A stretch of DNA of 64,000 nucleotides from an uncultured bacterium (lineage in GTDB: Bacteria; Planctomycetota; UBA1135; GCA-002686595): the NCBI GenBank assembly GCA_943787795.1, contig CALSNU010000006.1, positions 448,001-512,000 of the forward strand, written 5' to 3'. The position numbers and the translations under genes are program-made. This document shows, in pieces, positions 1-12,000 of the stretch (positions are counted from its first letter, which is position 1; every line of letters begins with the position of its first letter). The notes under the pieces were generated by a model. The model saw only the letters and a program-made list of their open reading frames with translations, was not told the origin of the DNA and made no database searches.

Positions 1-1432
1 TGTTGCTCGGGCAAATGGACCCGTCGGGGCGGATCATCTGGACCCGCGGGCACAGCCCCCAATAGTCGTGGCAGGTCACCACGGTCGCGAGCCCTCGACC
101 GCGGGCGATTTCCACCAGTCGCGCAGAGAGGTGAATGAGATGCTGGAAGTGCACAAGGTCGGGCCCGACTCGGTCGAGTACCTGGCGGAAGGCCGCCTCC
201 GGCCCCTCCTTGACGAAGCTCTCCTTGAGGCTCGCGTGGTCCAGCCGGTGGGTCATCCGGAGCACACGGAGCCCCTCGAACTCGTCCTCCCGGAGGGTGA
301 ACTCGGGCTCGTCCCCCACGGCTGGCGCTCGCGTCAGGATGGTCACGTCATGCCCCCGACGCTTCATCTCCTGCGCGAGGTTGAGGGTGTACACCTCCGT
401 CCCCGCCCAGGTGTCGGGCGGGAACCCGTGCACGACGTAGAGCAGCCGGAGCTTGCCGTCCTCGCGCATCCGCGTCGGCGGCCTGCGCCGCGCGGTGCGG
501 CCGCCGTCGTGCAACCCGCGAAAGGCCGCCTCCCGCAGCTCACGGCCCCTGACCAGGAGCGCCGCCGACTCCTCCGCGCGGAGCTCCAGCGCCTCGATCG
601 CCGCCGCGTCCTCGGAGCTGAGTCGCACCGACAACACGGCCACATCCTTGGGGCTCGCGACGCAGATGCGGTCCAGCCACTCCGCGTTGAACTCCGCGTC
701 CACCTTGGCCCGTGCGTAGGTCTCGGACGCGTCGTAGTCGTGGCTGTGCTCCACCACCGCCACGTCGTCGTAGACCACCGTGAAGCCCGCCTCCAGGAAC
801 GCGCGGGCCATCAAGATGTCTTCGCCGAAGGGGGTGCGAGGGAAGGGGTGACGCTCCCACAGCTCGCGCCGGAACGCAGACGCCACGTCGTTGAAGTTGT
901 AGAGCAGTCGCCGCTCGTGGGGCCCCATGGCCTCGTACACGTCCGGCGGCGGCAGCCGGGTCTCCTTGCGCCCCGCCGCGTAGCCAGGGTCGCCCGCGCT
1001 GAAGATCTTGGTCAGCGCGTCCGCATCCGGGCGCGGGACGTTGCGGCAGTAGGCCGCCCCGACCGTGGGGTCCTCGAAGTTACGGACAAGGTCGGCGAGC
1101 CAGGACGGCCCGCCGGGGATCGCGTCCTGGGTCAGGAATACCATCAGCTCGCCCCGTGAGCGCGCCGCGAGCAGGTTCCGGGTGTCCCCGTGATCAAACT
1201 CGACCCCGTGGATCCGCTCACGCCGGAGCGGCACGGGGAAGCTCGCCGCGCGGTCGCTCAGGAGCTCCCAGGTCCCATCCGTGGACCCTGAGTCGATGGC
1301 GAGGAAGTCCCACGCGACGTCAATCTGCTGCGCGGCGAGCGCGTCGAGGACTCGCTCCAGGAACTCCATCCCTTGCCAGGTGGGCATGAGCACCGAGATG
1401 CGCGGCAAGGTCAAGTCGTTGGAGATCGTCAC
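1..1432 (-). CDS. Fused glycosyltransferase (N-terminal GT2/GT-A plus GT4/GT-B), truncated at the window edge
   Basis: Absent from the ORF track because it runs off the edge. Manual translation from GTG 1432 gives LPRISVLMPTWQG...FLAIDSGSTDG (GT2). The same frame later gives LRLLYVVHGFPPDTWAGTEVYTLNLAQEMKRRGHDVTIL and DLVHFQHL...VVTCHDYWGLCP (GT4 N-domain). Confidence 0.85.
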   Translation of the reverse strand, partial: MTISNDLTLPRISVLMPTWQGMEFLERVLDALAAQQIDVAWDFLAIDSGSTDGTWELLSDRAASFPVPLRRERIHGVEFDHGDTRNLLAARSRGELMVFLTQDAIPGGPSWLADLVRNFEDPTVGAAYCRNVPRPDADALTKIFSAGDPGYAAGRKETRLPPPDVYEAMGPHERRLLYNFNDVASAFRRELWERHPFPRTPFGEDILMARAFLEAGFTVVYDDVAVVEHSHDYDASETYARAKVDAEFNAEWLDRICVASPKDVAVLSVRLSSEDAAAIEALELRAEESAALLVRGRELREAAFRGLHDGGRTARRRPPTRMREDGKLRLLYVVHGFPPDTWAGTEVYTLNLAQEMKRRGHDVTILTRAPAVGDEPEFTLREDEFEGLRVLRMTHRLDHASLKESFVKEGPEAAFRQVLDRVGPDLVHFQHLIHLSARLVEIARGRGLATVVTCHDYWGLCPRVQMIRPDGSICPSN

Positions 1433-1442
1433 GGGAAGAGCC

Positions 1443-2462
1443 TCAGGACATGCCGGCGGACGCCGCGCTGGACAGGTTGAGGTCCAGGGCACCGCTGCGG
1501 CGCACCTCGGACCAGTCGTCGCCGCCGCCGCGGCTCCCCACGTATTGCCCGAGCACCTGCGCCGCCCTGAGGAACGGAGCTCTCACGACGTCCGCGAGCC
1601 GGAAGCCGTGCTTGGCCATGAACCTGAGATCTCGAGAGAGCTCGAAGGCGAACCCGCGCAAGGCAGAGGGCAAGCCCGGCCTCACCTCGAACCCGTGGAA
1701 CTCACGGTGAAAGACCGCGTCGATGCGATAGCGATCAAACGCCGCGCGCGGGCCGTACCGGTGGGCGTGACGAACCGAGGCGCCTCCCGCGTGATGAATG
1801 GCATGACCGCTCGCCATGGCTCGCGCCGCCCAGGCGAAGTCCTCACCGAAGGGAACCTCGGGGAAGGGCACCTCCGCCAGCACGCTGGCGCGGATGCAGC
1901 TCGCCACATTGTTGAAGCGCAGCAGGGACACGCGCTCTGGCCCGGACATCAGACCGTAGTCCGACGGGGTGGACCACCGCCGGGTCTCGGAGCGCGGTGA
2001 GGCCTCAGGAGAGTCCGCCACCGTCCGCGCCGTCAGCGCGTCATCGCCCTCGTTCGAGAGGACGCGCGCGGTGACCCCCGCGATGGTCGGGTCGCTGAAC
2101 GGCGCCACCATCCGGGTCACGAAGTCCTCACCCAAGGGGAGCGCATCCTGAGAGAGGAAGATCAAGAACTCACCGCCCGCCCGCTCCGCCAGCGCGTTTC
2201 GGGTCCGGCCGTGACCAAACTCCGATCGCGGAATGACGGTCACCTCGAAGCCAGCCTCACGGAGGAGCCCAACGGAGCCGTCCTCGCTCGAGGAGTCGAT
2301 GGCGAGGCACTCCAGCGTCCCGTCGAAGCGCTGCTCCGCGAGCGCCGGCAGCAGCCGGCGGAGATCCGCTTCACCGTCACAGGTGGGGATCAAGATGGAG
2401 ACCTTCGGGAACGGCATCTGGAGAAATGGGGAGAACTCCCCTGCCTCAAGATTATCGAGCAC
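1443..2462 (-). CDS. Glycosyltransferase family 2 (rhamnosyltransferase-like)
   Basis: VSILIPT, IDSSSEDGS, FGHGRTRN, FLSQDA, FNNVASCIR and FGEDFAWA motifs. Confidence 0.88.
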   Translation of the reverse strand: MLDNLEAGEFSPFLQMPFPKVSILIPTCDGEADLRRLLPALAEQRFDGTLECLAIDSSSEDGSVGLLREAGFEVTVIPRSEFGHGRTRNALAERAGGEFLIFLSQDALPLGEDFVTRMVAPFSDPTIAGVTARVLSNEGDDALTARTVADSPEASPRSETRRWSTPSDYGLMSGPERVSLLRFNNVASCIRASVLAEVPFPEVPFGEDFAWAARAMASGHAIHHAGGASVRHAHRYGPRAAFDRYRIDAVFHREFHGFEVRPGLPSALRGFAFELSRDLRFMAKHGFRLADVVRAPFLRAAQVLGQYVGSRGGGDDWSEVRRSGALDLNLSSAASAGMS

Positions 2463-2531
2463 TCAGGGCCCCGGACCCCAACTCAATCCTGCGATCGCCC
2501 GCGGCATCGGGGCCCGCAGCGGGCCCGTGCC

Positions 2532-3485
2532 TCAGGCCCGATCACACAGCTCACGGAAGTTGCATCCCGAGCACTCGTAGCCCGCGCGGTCTTCGGCGAC
2601 CATCGGGAAGTCCTCGGGGTCACCCTTGGAGCCGTCCGCGTCAAAGTGGACGGCCCGCATCTCGTCGATCGAGCTCTCGATTTGGGCCAGGGCAGACTCG
2701 AGGACATCGTCAGAGACCTGGACCTCGCTGACCTCTCCGCTGAGGAGATAGACGTCCGCTGCCGTGGTGCTCCTCGGGTCCACGCCCCAGTAGTCACGCG
2801 CGTAGAAGGCGTAGATCTCGAGCTGAAAACGATCTCCGTCCGCCGGCCGTCCCGTCTTCCAATCCAAGATGCGGACCGTGCCGCGCTCCCCCGAACCACG
2901 GGTGGAGTCCCAGTACGCAAAGTCCGGGATGGCGAAGACCTTCGTGTCGAAGAGCTCAAACGTGCTCATTTCCTCGCAGGCCAGCCAATCACCCGGCTGG
3001 GACTCACGGGCGGACTCGAGCTGTGGGTCCTCAAAGAAGGCCTTGAGGCAAGCCGTGATGCGCTCCACGTATCGCTTCCCGTAATCACCCGCGGCCCCCG
3101 ACGTCTCGTCGATCCGCTCCTCGCCGTAGTGGTGCTCGGCCAACCGCACGAGCTTGGCGGGCTTGGCCTTCCAGGCTCCATCACGCGACTCCTTGTACCC
3201 CGCGCGTAGCTGCTCAACGGCCCAAGCCGTCGCCTCGTCCAGGGACCAGGGCAGGCCTTGATCGCGCCGTGCGAAGTACTCCGCGACCGCGCGGTGCACG
3301 ATGTCCCCCGCCAGCATCGGCATGCGGGTCATCTTCTTGAGCAGGTAGGCCTTGCGTCGGTCTGGGTCGGCGTTGCGGCCCCAGCCCTGCCACGAGAGGT
3401 AGTAGAGGTAGTAATAGCGCCTGGGGCAGGCCGTGAACGACCGCGCCCTCGACGCCGACCATGAGAGCTCATGAACCAATGCCAT
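2532..3485 (-). CDS. PD-(D/E)XK nuclease family protein (RecB/AddB/Cas4-like) with four Cys (probable Fe-S cluster)
   Basis: Start set at ATG 3485 (MALVHELSWSASR). Motifs: CPRRYYY, GDIVH, IPD...ILDWKTG, QLEIYA and C-terminal CSGCNFRELC. Confidence 0.85.
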   Translation of the reverse strand: MALVHELSWSASRARSFTACPRRYYYLYYLSWQGWGRNADPDRRKAYLLKKMTRMPMLAGDIVHRAVAEYFARRDQGLPWSLDEATAWAVEQLRAGYKESRDGAWKAKPAKLVRLAEHHYGEERIDETSGAAGDYGKRYVERITACLKAFFEDPQLESARESQPGDWLACEEMSTFELFDTKVFAIPDFAYWDSTRGSGERGTVRILDWKTGRPADGDRFQLEIYAFYARDYWGVDPRSTTAADVYLLSGEVSEVQVSDDVLESALAQIESSIDEMRAVHFDADGSKGDPEDFPMVAEDRAGYECSGCNFRELCDRA

Positions 3486-3610
3486 TGCGTCATCCAGAAG
3501 AGCCCTTCGACCGCGCTGAATCAAGGAACGCTCCGTTTCCTCGCCCCGCCAGGGCAGGGCCCGCTCTCCGCCCTTGCTGCCCCTCTGAGCGTGTGGCCCT
3601 GTCAAGCTCC

Positions 3611-3660
3611 CCACCCCTGCCACCCCTGCCACCCCTGCCGCACCTGCCGCACCCGCCGCC
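3611..3660. repeat. 9-bp tandem repeat (CCACCCCTG drifting to CCGCACCTG), about 5 units
   Basis: Read directly from the sequence; intergenic, upstream of the nuclease. Confidence 0.8.
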
Positions 3661-3729
3661 CAGGGCTCGGCCAAGGCATCATCAAATGGAGGCCGCAGCA
3701 GGGGAGCTCCGGCCGAGGCTGGCCGCCCG

Positions 3730-5134
3730 TCAGCTCGCCTTCGAGGGCAGCGCGGACGGCGGCCCCTCGTCAGCGCGCACCTGAACCACGCCGCCGGCCG
3801 CGGAGAGCCGGCGCTCGTCGTCTCCCTCGGCGGTGATCAGCTGCACCGGGGCGCGCCACAGCCCCTCGATGGTCTTCAGCACCTGCGCGGCCTCGTCGAG
3901 CTTGAGGTCCCTCCCGTCGTGGTGGTGGCGCAGGGTGAGCTCGCGGCTCCCCCCGCCCGCGACGTCGACCAGCTCGATCCGGGGCTGACCGGCCCACGCC
4001 AGGGAGCGGAGCAGCTCCTGCTTCACCGCCACGTGATCACGGGTGCCGATCCGGGCACCCTCTCCGGAGCGGTGTTGCTCGGAGACGAAGAGCGCCGAGC
4101 GCTGGATGAACTCCTCATCCATCACCTCGTCCACGAAGGACACGTCGTTGTGCACCGCTCGGAGCCGGAAGAGATCCAGGCCCAGGTGCTCGGCGTGCCG
4201 AAACAGCTCGATCCCGAGCTTGTATGGGTTGAGCTGGCCGGGCGCGGCCTGGGTCGCGGACGAGTGGCAGTCCGCGAACTCGACGAGCTCCGACGGATCC
4301 AGTAGCCCCCCTGTGAGCAGGCGGCTGTGCCAGAAGGACGCCCAGCCCTCGTTGATGATCTTGGTCAGGCGCTGGGGAAGGAAGTACTCGGCCTCCGCCG
4401 CGACGATCCCGAGCACGTCTCGCTCCCAGTCCTCTAGCTCCGAGTGCTCGGCGATGAACGTCAGCAGGTCGAACGTCGGCAGCTCCGGCGCCACCGGCCC
4501 CGGCGCAGCCTCCGCCCCACCCATGACGAGCCGCAGGCTGGCGCGGCTGCGCTCCACCTGACTGGAGCCCGCCGGCGCCCCTCCCCGTGCAGCCCGGCTC
4601 TGAGCAGCTCGATATCGACGCTGCGGGCCGTGCGGGTCCATCAGCGGCTCGAGGCTCAGCGCCACGTCAAGGAACCGCTCCACGCGATCCTGGCCATGCC
4701 GCTCCACGTGCTCCTGGATCCGACGCGCGTGCTCCTCAAAGCGGTCCAGCATGTGACGCTCGGTCGGAGCGAACCACGCGTTGTGACGGAAGAAGTCCGC
4801 GTGCCCGAACACGTGCGCCATCACGAGCTTCTGCTCCATCAGGCTGTTGGAGCGGACGAGGTAAGCGATCGTGGGGTCGTGATTGACCACGAGCTCATAG
4901 ATCTTCGACAGACCCCACTCGTGCCCCTTCGCGAGCCGCTCGTACTCCATCCCGAAGCGCCAGGATGGGTAGCGCGTCGGGAAGCCCCCATAAGCCGCGA
5001 CCGCGTTCACGTCCGCCGCATCGAGCATCTCGAACACCACCTCGAAGAAGCTCAGGCCGGCGTCGGTCGCCGCGGCCCTCGGCGCGCTGCGCCTCACGCA
5101 TGAGACGGGGCGTGAGTGAGGGGCCAGAGACCAT
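3730..5134 (-). CDS. spoVR: SpoVR family protein with an apparent +1 frameshift near 5077
   Basis: AAYGGFPTRYPSWRFGMEY, KIYELVVNHDP, MAHVFGHADFF, TKIINEGWASFWH and NPYKLG motifs. The N-terminus from ATG 5134 lies in another frame. Confidence 0.9.
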
Positions 5135-5138
5135 GCGA

Positions 5139-6257
5139 TCAGCGCCCCTGCCCGAGGAAGGCCTTGATCGCGCGCGGGATCCCGGAGCGATCGTCCACGC
5201 CCGCCGTGACGAGGGCGGTCTCCTCCGGAAAGGCGGTGTCCAGGTCCTTCTTGAACTGGCCGGACCCGTAGGCGCTCTTCACCTGCCCGTAGCAGAACTG
5301 GTTCACACGAGGGAGCAGCTCATCCCGCACGAGAGAGACGCACCGGTCGGTGTCACGGGCGCTCCAGTTGTCCCCGTCGGAGTAGTGGAACGGGTAGATG
5401 TTGAAGTCGTCGGGGTGATAGCGCTCCTTGATCAGGTCGAGGCAGAGCTCGTACGCCGAGGAAATCTTGGTCCCCCCGGACTCCCGCAGGTGGAAGAAGG
5501 TGTCCTTGTCCACGACCTTGGCGGCCGCGTCGTGGACGATGTACACCACCTCAAGGTTGCGATACTGGCTGCGCAGCCACGTATCGATCCAGAACGCCTC
5601 GATGCGGACGATGTCCTTCTGCTCGCGCCCCATGGACCCGGAGACGTCCATCATGTGCATGATCACCGCGGACGACTCGGGGCGCGGCTTGGGCTTCAAC
5701 GCCCGGTAGAGGTGGTCCTCGCGGATCGGCGTCACGACGGGGCGCTCCAGGTCGAGCTCCCCGGCCGCGATGGTGCGGACGAGCGCACGACGGAACGTCC
5801 GACGGAAGTGCCTCAGCGACTGCGGCCCTTGCCCTCGAATCCCGCTCCATTGGCCGCCGCTGGCGTCCAGCTCATCGCGCCCACGGGGCAGGATGTTCGG
5901 GAGCCCGAGCTCCTCCCCGAGCATCGAGGCCAGCTCCTCGAGCTCGACCTCCGCCTCGAGAATGTGGGTCCCCTCCTGCTCGCCCGCGCCCCCGGCGCCG
6001 CCGTCCGCCTCCCCATCGCGCCCGTCCGCGGCGTCGCCCACCTCCCCGGGCCCCTGCCCGACCCCGCCATCATTCGAGCCGAAGCGAAAGCGAGGGAGCT
6101 CGACGGAGGGAACAGGAACCGAGACGACACGGTCCCCGCGCTTCCCGATCAGCTCCGAGGAGGCGAGGTACCGCTGCAGGTCCTCGCGGATCCGGCCACG
6201 CACCACCTCCTTGAAGCGCGCGCGGTCACGGTCGATCCTGTAGATCTGTCCGCCCAT
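5139..6257 (-). CDS. DUF444 / YeaH-YhbH family protein (vWA-like)
   Basis: MMDVSGSM, ESGGTKISSAY and YPFHYSDGDNW motifs; lies between prkA and spoVR. Confidence 0.92.
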   Translation of the reverse strand: MGGQIYRIDRDRARFKEVVRGRIREDLQRYLASSELIGKRGDRVVSVPVPSVELPRFRFGSNDGGVGQGPGEVGDAADGRDGEADGGAGGAGEQEGTHILEAEVELEELASMLGEELGLPNILPRGRDELDASGGQWSGIRGQGPQSLRHFRRTFRRALVRTIAAGELDLERPVVTPIREDHLYRALKPKPRPESSAVIMHMMDVSGSMGREQKDIVRIEAFWIDTWLRSQYRNLEVVYIVHDAAAKVVDKDTFFHLRESGGTKISSAYELCLDLIKERYHPDDFNIYPFHYSDGDNWSARDTDRCVSLVRDELLPRVNQFCYGQVKSAYGSGQFKKDLDTAFPEETALVTAGVDDRSGIPRAIKAFLGQGR

Positions 6258-6266
6258 GGGTCCCGG

Positions 6267-8423
<2,157 letters not shown>

Positions 8424-8817
8424 GATCGGGGTGCCTCCGGGAAGGAGCGGCGGGGAGCCGCCCTGTCAGGAGATCGGAGCCGTCCCGGGACCAGCATGAA
8501 TGGATCTGGGATCCCCAACGGCGGGGCCAGGCGCTCCGCTCACGCGTCACAAGACCGCGACGCGCGATCCCAACCTGAGATTGCTCCGCGCCTCGAGCCG
8601 GGCCGCCCCGACCACAAGCAGCCGTCCTCTCGAGTCGAGCGATCCCTCCGACTTCGGACGTACCGCGACCCGGGCCAAAGGGGCAGAGCCCGGGGCAAGG
8701 GGAGTCCACCGCACCAGGACCTCGCGCACCGAAGTCGACCTGGCCGGATACACAGCGAGGGTGTGCGCTGCGCGCGGCTGCCTGCGTAGAACTCCACGTA
8801 TAGAACTCACTGCAATC

Positions 8818-8926
8818 GGCTCTCTGCGCTGGGCTCTCTGCGCTGGGCTCTCTGCGCTGGGCTCACTGCGCTGGGCTCACTGCGCTGGGCTCACTGCGCT
8901 GGGCTACTTGTGCTGGGCTCTCTGCG
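8818..8926. repeat. 14-bp tandem repeat GGCTC(T/A)CTGCGCTG, 7 units plus a partial unit
   Basis: Read directly from the sequence; intergenic between smc and prkA; no spacers. Confidence 0.95.
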
Positions 8927-8992
8927 TCGGGACGCGACGTCCGTTTGCACCGCGCGAGGTTCGACCGCGGCCCGGACTCACGGCCCCGATAC

Positions 8993-9086
8993 CCATCAGG
9001 TCGCGGGGTCCATCAGGTAGCGGGGTCCATCAGGTCGCGGGGTCCACTCAGGTCGCGGGGTCCCTCAGGTCATGGAACCCATCAGG
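8993..9086. repeat. 17-bp tandem repeat CCATCAGGTCGCGGGGT, 5 units plus a partial unit containing the smc stop codon
   Basis: Units start at 8993, 9010, 9027, 9044, 9062 and 9079. Confidence 0.92.
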
Positions 9087-12000
9087 CCTCGTCGGCCACG
9101 GGCTCCACGCTGGGCTCGTCAGCCCCTTCGCTTGCAGGGGGCTCCACCGCCGAGGCATCCGGCCGGTGGACCGTGAGTTCCTTGACCGGCTCACCGGATT
9201 CGTCGAGGTCACCAGGTGCACCTGGAAGGGGCTCCGCGCCGGCCTCCCGGTCACGGGACTTGCCGGTGGACTCGGGGGCAAACTCGTCGATCTCGTCGAG
9301 CTCTACCGCCACGAATCGCGACACGCCCTTGACCTGCATCGTGACTCCGTAGAGCGCCTGAGAGGCGGCCATGGTGCCCTTGTTGTGGGTCACCACGATG
9401 AACTGGGTCGACTTGCGGAAGCGCTCGAGCATCCCGAGGAAGCGGTCGATGTTCGCGTCGTCCAGCGCCGCGTCCACCTCGTCCAGCACGCAGAAGGGGC
9501 TGGGGCGCGCCTCGAAGACGGCGAACAGCAGCGCCAGCGCCGTCATGGTCCGCTGACCACCCGACAGGAGCCCGATGGCGAGCAGCTCGCGACCCGGCGG
9601 GCGCGCGACGATCTCCACCCCAGCCTCGAGCACGTCCACCCCCTCCTCGAGGCGGATGTCGGCCTTGCCCCCGCCGAAGAGCAGGCGGAAGATCTGCTGG
9701 AAGTTACCGCGGACCTCCTCGAACGTCTCCACGAAGAGGCGGCGGCTCTCCTCGTCGATGGTGCTGATGGTCTCGCGCAGGGCGCGTCGCGCCTCGGCCA
9801 GATCCGACGCCTGGGTCTCGAGATGCTCCAGGCGCGAGCCGACCTCTTCGAGCTCGTGCACTGCCTCCACGTTGACCGGCCCGAGACGGTCCAGCTGCGC
9901 GCGCACGGCGGCGACCTCCTTCTCGAAGGCCTCGAGCTCGTCGCCCGGCATGATCTCGGCGGCCTCCACCGCGAACGCCTCGCGGAGCGCAGCCTCGTCG
10001 ATGCCCAGCTCCTCATCCGCCCGGCCGACCACCTCGCGCTGGCCGATCTCGGCCGCCTGGGCCTCCATGCGCTGGTTCGCGAGCGCTTCAGAGCTCCGAT
10101 CGAGCTCGCCCTGCACGGCCTCGGATTCCCGGCGGATCTCCGTGATGCGCTGGGCGCCGCTGCGCTCGTCCTCACGGAGGCGCTCGAGGCGCTCACCGAG
10201 CTCCGTCTGCTGCTCGGTCAGCACGTCGGAGTCGGCATTGATCTTCTCGATGTCCGAGCGACCCTCGTCTGCGCTGGCGCCATAGGTCTGGACCCGGCCC
10301 TTGCTCCGGTCGATCTCGGCCGCGGTATCCGTGATGAGTCGATCGAGGTCGCTGATGCGCTGCTCGAGCCCGGAGGACTCCGCCGTGGCAGAGGTCAACT
10401 CGACCTGGGCGCGGCCCTCCTCACGCTGAAGGTCCTCCCGTTCGGCTTCGAGCTGGCGACGCCCCTTCTCCATCTGTTCGAGCCGGGCATTCTCCGCCTC
10501 GAAGGCCTCGGCTGCTTGCTCCTTACGAGCGGACGCCTCCTGGAGATCCGACTCGACGCGCGCAAGCTCGCCCTGGGCCTTCGCGCGCTCCTCGCCGTGG
10601 CTCTCGAGGGCGGACTCAAGGTCCGCCAGGCGCGCGGTGCTCGAGACGACGAGCGACTCCGCCTCGCCGTGGGCCTCGACCGCGGCGTCCCGGGCCTCCG
10701 TGGAGGCCGCGAGCTGAGCCTGCAGCTCCGCGACGGCGGCTTCCGACTGCTGGATCTCGGTGTCCTTCTGCTCGATCTCGGCGGCGAGCTTGGCGATGGA
10801 GCGCTCGAGCTCCGCTGCGCTGGAGCGCCTCCCCACGAAGCCCTGGCTCAGCTCACGGTGGCCGCCAACGAGGCCCGCGGCGTCCACGAACTCGCCCCGC
10901 GGCGTGACAAATCGCCAGCCGGGCTCCCGCCCGACCAGATCGAGCGCGAGGTCGAGGCTGGAGACCACCACCACATCACAGAAGAGCGCGTGGACCAGCG
11001 GCCGCATGGACTCGTCGCACTGGACAAGATCCCCGAGTCGGCCCTCGACGCCGGCGCCGAACCGAGCGAAGAGCGCGAAGTCAGAGGGCGGCGGACAGTC
11101 CGGAGCGCCGACGCCGGGCGGCACGACCACGCCGACCTGCCCCACCTGCTCTGACTCGCACCAGTCCACGATTCGACGGGCCACGTGGGCGTCCCGTGCC
11201 ACGAGGGCGTGGGCTCTCTCGCCGAGCACCGCGTCGATGGCGCGCGCCAGGCGTGTGTCTGCGCGGAGCTGGTCCGCGACCAGGCCGAGGAGGTCGTCCT
11301 GATGGCAGGGGCCGCCGGCCTCACCGGCCGCCTCCAGGACCCGGCGAGCGCCCCCCGACAGGTCCTCGAGCTCTCGGTCCCGATCCATGAGGGCCTCGAC
11401 CTTGCTCTGCAGCCCGGCGCGCTCCACCCGGAGGCCAGAGCGCTCGGCGCGCCCCCTCTCAAGGCCTTCGCGCCCTGACCCGAGGTCGGCGCGGACGGTC
11501 TCCAGAGAGCGATCCGCGCCCTCGAGCACCGACACCGCCGACTCGAGCGACCCCTGCGCCCCGAGCAACGTCTCCTGGACCTCGCCTGCCTGGGTCTCCG
11601 AGCGCTCGAAGCGCTCCGTGACACGGGCGAGCCGCTCGGTCATGGGCGGGATCGCCTCCCGCAGGTGAACGATCTTGTTCTCGCTCGCGGTGCGCTGGTG
11701 CAGCGTATCCAGCACCCGCTCGTTCTGCGCCTCGACCTCGACCCGCAGCTGCTTGTACGTCTTCCCGAGCTCCCGGCTCTGGGACGTCAGGCTGGTCGCG
11801 CGCTCTTCGGCAGCGCGAGTTCGCTCGCGGAGCGCGTCGATCTCGCCGGTGATCCGAGCGAGCTCTTCTTCTCGCTCGGTGAGCTGGACGCCGAGGGCAG
11901 CGGCGCGCTCGGTCTCCTCCTCGGTGCTCGCCGTCCAGGACGCGATGCGCATGGCGAGCTGGCTCTTGCGCTCCTCGAGGGCCCGCAGGTCCCCCGAGAT

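Noticed and set aside
2532..3485. cas4 gene of a CRISPR system
   Set aside because: The Fe-S nuclease pattern is shared with AddB/RecB-like proteins, and there is no cas1, cas2 or array nearby.
8818..9086. CRISPR array
   Set aside because: Units are 14-17 bp and directly adjacent, with no unique spacers and no cas genes. The same holds for every other array in the window.
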